From NCBI RefSeq assembly GCF_001194135.2, contig NC_068985.1:30655715-30719714 (forward strand): 64,000 nt of DNA. Direction: 5' to 3'. Origin of the DNA: Octopus bimaculoides. Its lineage: Eukaryota. The notes beneath the pieces are model-generated. The model did no database searches and had not been told where the DNA came from. It was given only the letters and a program-made list of their open reading frames with translations. Made by a program: the position numbers and the translations under genes. Each line of letters opens with the position of its first letter. The first letter of the stretch is position 1. Shown here piece by piece: positions 54,364 through 64,000 of this stretch.

Positions 54364-55688
54364 TTGCTCGAATGATTTTCTTACGTGCCACCAGCACAAG
54401 TGCCAGTAAGGCGATGCTGGTAACGATCACGCTCAAATGGTGCTATTTACTTGCCACAAGCACGGAAGCCAGACAGCTGCTCTGGCAATGATCACGCTCG
54501 GACAGTGCTGTTAGTGCTCCACTGGCACAGGTGCCAGTCATCAAATATGGTTCAATTACGATTTCGATTTCACTTGCCCCAACAGGTCTTCGCAAGCAGA
54601 GTTTAGCGTCCAATGAAGGAGAGGTTGGCATGGGTGCCAGTCGTCGAATTTGGTTCGATTTTGTATATATATATCATCACGATCATCATCATCATCATTT
54701 ACTGCCCGTTTATTTTCATACTAGCATGGGATGGATAGTTTGACAAAAGGTGGCTAGTCAGATGACTGTGTCATGTTTGATGGTCTGCATTGATATGGTT
54801 TCTATGACTAGATGCCCTTCCTAAAGTCAACCTCTTCACAGAGCGTAGTGAGCACTTTTTATGTAGCACCAATTGCAGTGCAGTCATCAAACATTGGCAT
54901 TTGTGTTGTACAAGCATTCATCACTATAATCCAGTGACATACAGATGTCTATTTATGGTGACTTTATTTGTCATTCCATCTACTGAAAGTCTTATAGCAA
55001 CAGAAGAGTGGCAATGAGTGCAAACCTAACCAGCTGGAAGTGTACAGTAAATTACAACTTCCACTTGTCAACTTCCCTTCAAACTATGCAGAGCTACAAT
55101 GGGACTGAATAGTCATCTGAGAGGTTATAGATGCTATGTCGGAAATGCCATTGACAACAAGGAAGCACATGGAGATGGCAATCATCTGTAAAGAAGGAAC
55201 AATCGCTATGTATATACAGAGACACTCATGCATGTCTCTTAGTATTTTTAATCCTTTTGCCATTCTTAGTCCAAATTTCATGTTTTTTTTTTATTGTATT
55301 CTTCATTCTTTAGTTAATCTGTCACATATTCTATCAGAGATTTGTCTCCTATGTATGCATGGGTGTGTGTGTATGTTGTATGTGTGTGCACATGTATGTT
55401 GTGGAGGAGGGTTAGGTCTAGTTTTAATTGTTTCTATTGTGCTTTATTTAGTTTCATGTTTAAAGGATTATAAGGGTCATTGATCTAATTTAGATCTAGC
55501 TCAAGGTTTTACTTTATTATCAGTATCAGATGGTTGTGGAATTGAATGCATACAGGAATTATTGGGTTAGGTGTTTGCTAGGAATTACCTTGTAGTGGAT
55601 TTGTGATGTGGATTTGTGTGTGTGTGTGTGTGTGTTTTATTACTTTGTGAAGCAATCTATTAATATAGCAAACTATTTTCTGTTGTAG

Positions 55689-55970
55689 TCCTTAAGAAAT
55701 GTAATGAAAAAAACAAAAAAAAATGATGTACCAAAACCAAAACCAGCTGTTGCAAAAGATTGCTCACCTCGCAGTGAAACCCCACAAGCAAATCAGCCTG
55801 AACAAATTAAAGAAGAAAAAGGAGAAAACGTAACTGATGAAAAACCAACTGATACTGAATCTAGATGTAGTTCTCGCAAATCTGCTGCTGACGTCCAGGC
55901 AACTGAAGCAAAATCTGCAACTCCAAAACCCAGCGAGAGACCAGAATCAAAATCTTCCTCTGTTCACTAG
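55689..55970 (+). CDS. CFAP126: CFAP126 terminal coding exon 5 (SLRNVMKKTKKND...ESKSSSVH*), low-complexity P/S/E/K tail
   Basis: TTGTAG acceptor in frame with ORF 55704-55970; AATAAA at 56032 and 56136. Joined CDS 612 nt = 203 aa plus stop. Confidence 0.8.
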   Translation, partial: SLRNVMKKTKKNDVPKPKPAVAKDCSPRSETPQANQPEQIKEEKGENVTDEKPTDTESRCSSRKSAADVQATEAKSATPKPSERPESKSSSVH

Positions 55971-56031
55971 TCATTTCCAACCAGCCTCGATAAATATCTT
56001 AAACTGTCCAGTTATTGCCAAAAGCTTTGTA

Positions 56032-56141
56032 AATAAATGTCATGTCATTTCTATGGCATATTTGTACCCACACACTGTTAACCGTTCATTAATTTTTATG
56101 AACCATATCTCTTAGTATGTTTGAAATATTTTAACAATAAA
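56032..56141 (+). terminator. Candidate CFAP126 polyadenylation signals (AATAAA at 56032-56037 and 56136-56141)
   Basis: Canonical hexamers about 60 and 165 nt after the stop codon. Confidence 0.55.
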
Positions 56142-56987
56142 TGTCTTATCCTAACTAAATAGTTTTCTGATATTTTTCTCCTAAAATAGTGGTAAGTGGC
56201 ATAGAATTCTCAGACAGTTAAAGATATGATATAGTTTCAAGTAACTGTTGAAACTATTTCCAATTCACCTGTAATATTAATGCATTTGAGAAAGACATTT
56301 CACCTGCCCTAAAATTTTGAGTATCATCATCATCATCATCATCATGACATGGGTGGGACAAATCAGATTTAAATTTTGGCCTAGGTCTCCATGTTTGAGT
56401 ATATCAATGTTTGGGTATATCAATGATCACTTCTAACTCTGGTATGTTTCTGTCTCCCTTTTTCTTTTATGTCTGCCATACTCTTCTCTATTCATTAGTG
56501 ACTTTTTCCCTATTGTTTTTAACATTTGTGTGTAGCTGATATAGCCATTACTTACCTTTAATCTTCTACACACTGCTGTCATTCACTTGTAACCTAAGCA
56601 TCTCAATACACAACTAGAACCCTAAAACTTACACTCCCTGATATGTATTTATGGTAACCAAACATATCTAATATTACCAAAACTGCACCTAAACACTAGA
56701 TTTTCCCTGTTGGGCATGAAAATACCTAGATAGCTGGCTCTTCTTAAAGCTAAAATATGATTCACATTGGAATACAATTCATTATCTTTGATGATGATGA
56801 TGATGTTACGCACAAAGACATTGAAGACTACATACAAAAATAGCCACCTAAGTTATTCACAAAAACTAACCAACATGCTACAACCATTGGTCTATAGATA
56901 CAGTGCTTTCTCTATTTCAGTCCTTTCTATTGCTACCATAATGGTTTTCACTAAAATTCTACAGGAAGCACTTTGCCCATTAATAGT

Positions 56988-57105
56988 TCATTCAAAGCTG
57001 CAGGCATCTTGAATCCCTCCACTATGTATACTTTCCTTAAAGCTATCAACGTAGAGAAAATCAAACTGAGAATCAACTGCACCAATGTCATCAGTCTGGG
57101 AGGAC
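56988..57105 (-). CDS. Candidate terminal exon C of an unidentified gene (SSQTDDIGAVDSQFDFLYVDSFKESIHSGGIQDACSFE*)
   Basis: TTTTGCAG acceptor; non-repetitive, GC-richer open frame ending in TGA; phase-compatible with B. Confidence 0.4.
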
Positions 57106-57307
57106 CTGCAAAAGTCACAGATATTAATCTCACAAGATACACATGCATACACACATATATTCAAATACACTTACCATAATCAAGTACACACACCATAACT
57201 ACATATATCCAGACATATATATATATGAACACACACACACACATACATACATACATACATACATACATACATACATACATACATACATCCACACATGTAT
57301 GTACTTA

Positions 57308-58218
57308 TTGGGTCATCCCACAAAAAATGCAGTTTTTTCAACTGCGTGAACTAAAAGTCGGAGGGAGAAGGATAAACTATCTGCATCAACTTGCTATAAA
57401 AGCAGGTAGTAATTTTACCCTGTCTTTATTCTTAGTGCAAATTTTGAAGAGTGCAATTCGATTTTAACAGTTATTCTTTCAAAGCTATAATGGAATTGAC
57501 ACAGGAGCATATTCAACATATTTTGCTTTATGAGTTCAATAAAGGCAACAACGCAATGGAAAGTGTGAGGAATATCAATGCAGTCTATGGGGATCGGACA
57601 ATAAGTGTTAGCCAGTGTCAACAGTGGTTCCAGAAATTCCAAGCTGGAAACTACAGCCTAGAGGATGAGCCTCGTCTTGTTGAGCTTGATGAGACATCCT
57701 GCAAACTCTAGTGGATCAAAATCCCATTGTAATTGTTGAGGAACTAGCAGAGAAGCTTGGATTTGGTCATTCAACCAGTCTTTCAAGTCAAGTGCTAGAA
57801 GAAAAGCGACCATATTTGGTTTAAAGACGAATGGTGTTCTTCCATCAGGATAATGCTCAGCCACATACAGCAAGGATGACATTCCAAAGGCTGGAGCAGT
57901 TTGAATGGGAAATGATACCCTACCCACCATATTTGCTGGACATTGCCCCATCTGATTATCATTTATTCCTCAGTCTTCAAAATCATTTGGATGGAAAAAT
58001 TTGAATTCTGTAGACGAGATCAGAACAGTAATGGAGGAGTATTTTTCATCACGGGCAAGTGAATTTTGGAAGAGGGGACTTGCAAGTCTACCAGATAGAT
58101 AGAAGAGCATTGTAGAAAATGAAGGAGAGTATATTTTAGATTAAAAAAGAACTTTGTTTATCTTAATTTTGAAAAATAAAAGAATATAAAAAAACGCATT
58201 ATTTATGGGATGACTCAA
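57308..58218 (+). mobile_element. Internally deleted mariner (Hsmar1-like, DD34D)
   Basis: TIRs TTG(G/A)GTCATCCCA(C/T)AAA(A/T)AATGC, TA TSD; HILLYEFNKG..WFQKFQAGNYSLEDEPR and HQDNAQPH..PYLLDIAPSDYHLF. Confidence 0.9.
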
Positions 58219-59460
58219 TACATGCATACATACATACACACATACATACATTCATACATACATACATACATACATACATAATGTATGTACAAACATATTT
58301 GTTGAATTAATTTACCATGTAATTGAAGAAAGTCTGCCTCATGTCTTTAATTTTTTTTTTCTTTTTCTAACAATTTCCTTCCCTCTGGTGTTGAGTTAAC
58401 AGCTGTAAATATACCATAAATTAAACATTATATTGACTTCATGGCTAGCTGTTGGTATATGGTTAATACACATGTAGCTTCCGGAACCCTGATAGACATG
58501 TAGATACAACTTTGTCAAAATACATTTGAAACTTGAAATGTAAACATAAATTTCACCAACTGGAGAATTTTTAGATATACAAATGTATGACCAATTTTTA
58601 GGATTTTGCAACTGCGCTGATGAAAAACTTAATCTTGCCTTCTTCCGGGAACATTATAAATTGTAATACAGAATTTCTGTCCTTTTGCAGACATAAGATT
58701 CCTCGCTTATTGAAGAATTATAGAATTCCTTCTGCTATACACTACAACGGGTTATATTTTTAATAGACTGTCTTGTTAACTTATACATCATATGCCCACT
58801 CAAAGCTATGTTCCTATGAATTTGTTATACCATCTTCTGCTCTTTATTTTCCCACTTCCCATTTTCTTTTCTTTTCCTCATCCTACGTTTTCTTTCCCCT
58901 GCTTCTTTCCTTTTCCCCTTTCTCATTCACATATCTCGTATTCCTTCAATTGCCCTATGCGCATCCAGTACATATTAAGGGCTATGGGAAGCTTGGAGAT
59001 GAGAAAAGGGAACATATGTAACATGTAGGTAGAGATGAAAAATCTCCAAGTGAGATCACACCAGCCCTTATTGCTTGGTTAGATTTGACTAGTTAGCCAA
59101 AACGTACTATCGCTCATGAAAATACCTCGTTTTTAAAACTGAAGAAAGTCCTGGGTGAAGCAAATAGCCTCAACAACATTTTATGCAATAGTTTATTACA
59201 CGTTAAGGAATTTTTTACCCTACTATTATGTACAACTGAAGAAGAGATCCCCAAATGGATTTTCTGCAATATGAAAATTGAGCCAAGGTTTTGAGTGAGT
59301 CTCTAAAACTACTATAATTCACATAAATTATTATAAGGACCTTTTGCCAAAATATCACTTTAAGGATGGTCGTTTTTTGTATAAATTATTCATTTGGGAG
59401 ATGTCACACCAGATGGCTTCCAATTATTTTATTGCAATTTCAATAACATCGTGCTTCTGT

Positions 59461-59465
59461 TTATC

Positions 59466-59527
<62 letters not shown>

Positions 59528-59604
59528 CCTACCTATCTATTTATCTATCTATTTATCTAGCTAGCTAGCTATCTGTGTATACACACACACACACACACAC
59601 TCAC

Positions 59605-59640
<36 letters not shown>
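59461..59640. repeat. Compound (CTAT)n/(AC)n/(TA)n microsatellite
   Basis: Direct reading. Many similar SSRs occur, e.g. 913-947, 4205-4332, 14575-14612, 15311-15487, 25590-25660, 57225-57287 and 63365-63641. Confidence 0.95.
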
Positions 59641-59642
<2 letters not shown>

Positions 59643-59650
59643 GTTTATAA

Positions 59651-60079
59651 TATATTTTAAATAATTGATAGGGAGGACAGTGTGTACTGTAAGCTTTATT
59701 TGGTATGATGATCATTTTGGCTTACACCTGCATTGCTCCCTAGTGGGTGGGGAATGATATAATGGAATTGAATGTAACCCACAGTGCAGAAGAAACTCAT
59801 CAAGTTGCATAATATGCTACAGTGTTATAGTATGTACATTTCGCTACTGTATGCATCATACCAACACCATCCTGCCATACACAGTAGTGAAATGTACATA
59901 TTATAACACTAACATATTGTGTAACCTAATGAAATTTCTTCTGCACTCTAGGTTGCATTCGGTTCCATTATATTGTTCCCCACCCACTGGGAAGCAGTGC
60001 AAATGTAAGCCGAAACGATTGTCGTGTTAAATGAAGCTTATCATACCCTCTGTCTTCCCTATCAACTATTTAAAATATA
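59651..60079. repeat. Foldback/MITE-like palindrome (about 200-bp arms, 30-nt loop)
   Basis: Arms 59651-59850 and 59881-60079 align end to end as reverse complements with scattered mismatches. Confidence 0.85.
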
Positions 60080-60495
60080 CTAAACGTACACTGAGGAATT
60101 CCTTATGCAGATCCTGCAACAAAAGTGCAGTACCATGGGTGATGCCTGGTAGCCGTAAGTGGTGAAGTGCTCCCAAAGCACACTAGTAGGGACAAACCCC
60201 AAACAAGGTTTGGATACTACATTTTAAAGTCTCCTATCTAAACTTTAATTTTAAAAATAACCTATATACTCTTTTACTCTTTTATTTGTTTCAGTCATTT
60301 GACTGCGGCCATACTGGAGCACCGCCTTTAGTTGAGCAAATCGACCTCAGGACTTATTCTTTGGAAGCCTAGTACTTATTCTATCGGTCTCTTTTGCCAA
60401 ACTGCTAAGTTACAGGGACATAAACACATCAGCATCGGTTGTCAAGTGATGTTGGGGGGACAAACACAGACACACAAACACATACATGCACACAT

Positions 60496-60539
<44 letters not shown>

Positions 60540-60976
60540 ACGATGGGCTTCTTTCAATTTCCATCTACCAAATCCACTCACAAGGCTTTGGTCGGCCTGA
60601 GGCTATAGTAGAAGACACTTGAGTAGGAACAGGAGGGTCTTCTTATGCCCAAGGTGTATTTTAAAGGTGCAAATATCCAAGTATTCCGAGATTTGAAAAA
60701 AATCCGAAATCCAAGGCATTTCCAGTGTCAAATATATCAGATAAAGGATTATCAACTATATCTAGAGTATGGTCCAATTATTATAATTGCATAAGTTAAG
60801 GTGGAGGTAGTTGGGTGGTGGAGCCAATTCAGTTGCACTTCGTGACATCTAATAAGCTTGAACTACGAATCTACATCTGAGACATGGCTAATGCATTGTT
60901 CTTATGCAATGGAAGACCTCTTCAAACAATATGTAAATGAAACCAACATTCTATAAATAAACTCATTAGAAAGTAC

Positions 60977-61054
60977 ATTCTTATCCAGGAGAATCTTTCA
61001 ACCAAACGGATTTCATTCAAAATCTGATGAAATTTCTGCTGGAGGTTGCACAAG
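60977..61054 (-). CDS. Candidate exon B of an unidentified gene (LCNLQQKFHQILNEIRLVERFSWIR..)
   Basis: Good pyrimidine tract plus TAG acceptor, GTACTT donor; 78 bp; phase 2-2. Confidence 0.4.
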
Positions 61055-61217
61055 CTATTCAAAGGACAATAAAAACAAACTCATCCTAAAATGTAATCTA
61101 AAATGCATTTCAACCTAAAATCTTATCTAAGTCTGGTGATTAACATTATAGATTATAATCTTAAAATCCACTACTAATAAAGCTGCTTAACAAAACTACA
61201 ACTAGATCTGAAAGTAC

Positions 61218-61278
61218 TTTCTTCTTCTGACCCCAATACATATAGGTAAAGATTTTTCAAATTCTGAATCCAATACAG
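61218..61278 (-). CDS. Candidate exon A of an unidentified gene (AVLDSEFEKSLPICIGVRRR..)
   Basis: Open 61-bp segment between a weak AAG acceptor and a GTACTT donor; phase-compatible with candidate B. Confidence 0.3.
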
Positions 61279-61582
61279 CTTATATTTAGAATGTTATTAT
61301 AAAGATTATTATTAAAAATATTATACAGTATTACATTATATAAAATGTTTTGCAAAAAGCATAATGGTTAATGTAGTAAAGTATCAATTCCCTATCAGAA
61401 CTGCAGTTTGATTTTTCACATTGAAATTAAATGTCAAAGACAATTCCAGATTCAACCACAGATTAGTCTACACATAATATATTTTATACAAGTGCAAATA
61501 AGTTATATTAAAGGTAATGTATTTAGCAGTAACATTGGGCTTTGTATATGGTGATTAACTAGTGCAAGTGCTTTATATATAT

Positions 61583-61641
<59 letters not shown>

Positions 61642-61653
61642 CATACACATATA

Positions 61654-62763
61654 TCTTATACACAAATGGCAATTTCTGTCTGTCTGTCTGTTACCATCTT
61701 GCTGCCTACACTAGTGAACCAATCTTGACGAATCTTTTGCATACATGTTAAACTAACATCCAGTTGAATTATAGGTTAATTAGATTTCAATAAAAATCTA
61801 TAATGGGTCTATTAAGTGGGTGTTGTAGCACATATTTACAAATCAATAACACATCTACTGATATGAATTAAGTAAGGCTTCTGTAAGGTTCAGCCATGCA
61901 CTCCTTCATGTAAACAGTGTGTGACTTTTGTGAGAACTACTCAGCTTTCCAAAAGGAAAACAATTCTGCATGCAACACCCATACGTCACACTGAGGTCAC
62001 ATTAAGGACACGTTCAACTGCAGGATTCGTGGATAGGACATAGAACAATGTAATGACTAATGACCTGAAAGTTGGTTCACCGTGAGATTAATTTGATGAA
62101 TTAAATTCAAATCACCATAACATCTTAATCATTTTTATCGTGCAACGCGAGATAGGGCCATGCTACGACGCATATTTGTCAATGTATTTGTAAATCTATT
62201 TATTTAATTTATTTTACTCAGATGCATATTGGTTTGTTAAAATAATATAGAGAGATCCCTTATTCATCCACTAATCGAATTAATAGTTTGTAATGCCTAT
62301 TTTTAGCATTAAGCTATTACCATAAATGACGGGTTGGACATAAAGACAGGAACTGAACAGGAAACGGGATAGGACATGGAGCAGTGTAATGGTAAATGGG
62401 AACTGGGAATAACCCCCACTTTCCCGGTATTACCAGTCAACTCATTTATTTTACTCAGATGCATATTCGTTTGTTAAAATAATACAGGGACATTCCTTAT
62501 TCACCCACTAATTGTATTAATAGTTTGTAATGCCTATTCTTAGCAATAAACTATTACTATAAAGGTTAATAAAATATTTAATGGCTTAATTACATCGAAC
62601 TGATTCCAAAATTTATATATTGACATAGGATTGGGGATAGGAATGGGAGCGGAACTAAAATAGGAACTGAACAGGGAACGGGATAGGACATGAAACAGTG
62701 TAATGGGAACGGGAGCTGGAAATAATCCCCACTTTTCCAGGTATTACTGGGTAATTCAGCTAG
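61654..62763 (+). mobile_element. Non-autonomous Helitron-like element with a duplicated 3' module
   Basis: A|TC 5' end and (TCTG)n; 3' hairpin CCAGGTATTACTGG followed by CTAG|T; module of about 62210-62443 repeated at about 62445-62763. Confidence 0.65.
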
Positions 62764-62782
62764 TATATATATATATATATAT

Positions 62783-62784
<2 letters not shown>

Positions 62785-62814
<30 letters not shown>

Positions 62815-63345
62815 TTAACGTCCGCTTTCCATGCTGGCATGGGTTGGATGGTTTGACTGAGGACTGGCGAGCCAGATGGCTGCACCAGGCTCCAACCTGA
62901 TCTGGCAGAGTTTCTACAGCTTGATGCCCTTCCTAAAGCCAACCACTCCGAGAGTGTAGTGGGTACTTTTATGTGCCACCGGCATGAGGGCCAGTCAAGC
63001 AGTACTGGCAATGGCCACACTCAAATGGTGTTTTTTACATGCGACCTGCACAGGAGCCAGTCCAGCAGCACTGGCAACGACCTTGCTCGAATATTTTTTC
63101 ACATGCCACTGGCACAAGTGTGATTAGGGCAACGCTGGTAACGATCAAGCTCAAATGGTGCTTTTTACATGCCACTGGCATGGGAGCCAGTCAGCTGCCC
63201 TGGCCACGATCACACTCAGATGGTGCTCTTAGTGATCCACTAGCATGGATGCCAGTCATGCAGTGATGTCATCAAATTTGATTTTGATTTCGCCTTGCCT
63301 CAACAGGTCTTCACAAGCAGAGTTTAGTGTCCAATGAAGGAAATG
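62785..63345 (-). mobile_element. RTE-type 3'-tail element; similar copies at 29520-29760, 43253-43415, 50462-50720 and 54364-54870
   Basis: (CAT)n-TTAACGTCCGCTTTCCATGCTGGCATGGGTTGG signature shared with the RTE LINE tail. Confidence 0.75.
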
Positions 63346-63443
63346 TACACATAAGTGGGCTGCCTACATACATATATATATACATATATACATACATATA
63401 TATATATATTCACACATATATACATACATATATATATACACAC

Positions 63444-63491
<48 letters not shown>

Positions 63492-63527
63492 GCATATATA
63501 GACATATATATGCATGCATATACATAC

Positions 63528-63558
<31 letters not shown>

Positions 63559-63605
63559 CAGATACATACACATATACACACATACTTACACACACACATA
63601 TATAA

Positions 63606-63643
<38 letters not shown>

Positions 63644-63644
<1 letters not shown>

Positions 63645-64000
63645 TGAGGGTTGGAAATGAGTACAGTAATGAATTCCGGGTGGAGGTAGGGGTCCACCAA
63701 GGTTCTGTCCTCAGCCCCCTCCTATTTATCATAGTCCTCCAGGTGATCACAGAGGAATTCAAGACAGGATGCCCCTGGAAGCTCCTCTATGCTGATGACC
63801 TTGCACTAATTGCTGAGTCACTAGCAGTACTAGAGGAGAAATTTCAGGTGTGGAAGCAGGGACTAGAATTGAAGGGCCTTAGAGTCAACCTAGCTAAAAC
63901 CAAAGTCCTAATAAGTAGGAAGGTAGATAAAACACAAACCCCTTCAGGTAAATGGCCCTGCTCAATATGTAGAAAAGGTGTAGGTAGTAACTCTATAAGA
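63644..64000 (+). mobile_element. RTE LINE reverse transcriptase fragment; open frame; 5'-truncated at (TA)n and continuing past the window end
   Basis: [56 protein letters not shown]. Confidence 0.92.

Noticed and set aside
53788-54491. Long ORFs of about 200 aa (also 17613-18026)
   Set aside because: They span N-gaps.
63324-63700. Tyr/Ile-rich ORFs, and similar HT/YI/ER/SL-repeat ORFs throughout the window
   Set aside because: Dinucleotide and tetranucleotide SSR artefacts.

Overview
AT-rich, microsatellite- and transposon-dense eukaryotic genomic DNA with four assembly N-gaps. The SINE, RTE and MITE families suggest an octopus or other coleoid cephalopod (inference). Two spliced protein-coding genes sit head-to-head, about 554 bp apart between start codons: TMEM147 (minus strand, 6 coding exons, 39280->31181, 223 aa) and CFAP126/Flattop (plus strand, 5 coding exons, 39835->55970, 203 aa). 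A possible third, unidentified minus-strand gene has three phase-compatible candidate exons at 61278->56988. The rest is mostly mobile DNA: a DD37D maT element, a DD41D rosa-derived foldback element, two DD34D-type mariners, a decayed Mag-like Ty3/gypsy element lacking its 3' LTR, RTE LINE fragments, a rearranged Penelope-like element (PLE), hAT, piggyBac, Mutator and Helitron non-autonomous elements, and several tRNA-SINE families. The most unusual items are a 338-bp tRNA-headed, hammerhead-bearing element with a 5' inverted duplication and a 12-bp TSD, a second hammerhead beside the PLE, two MITEs sharing a telomere-like core, and several long intronic foldbacks. Protein identifications rest on recalled homolog sequences, not on database searches.
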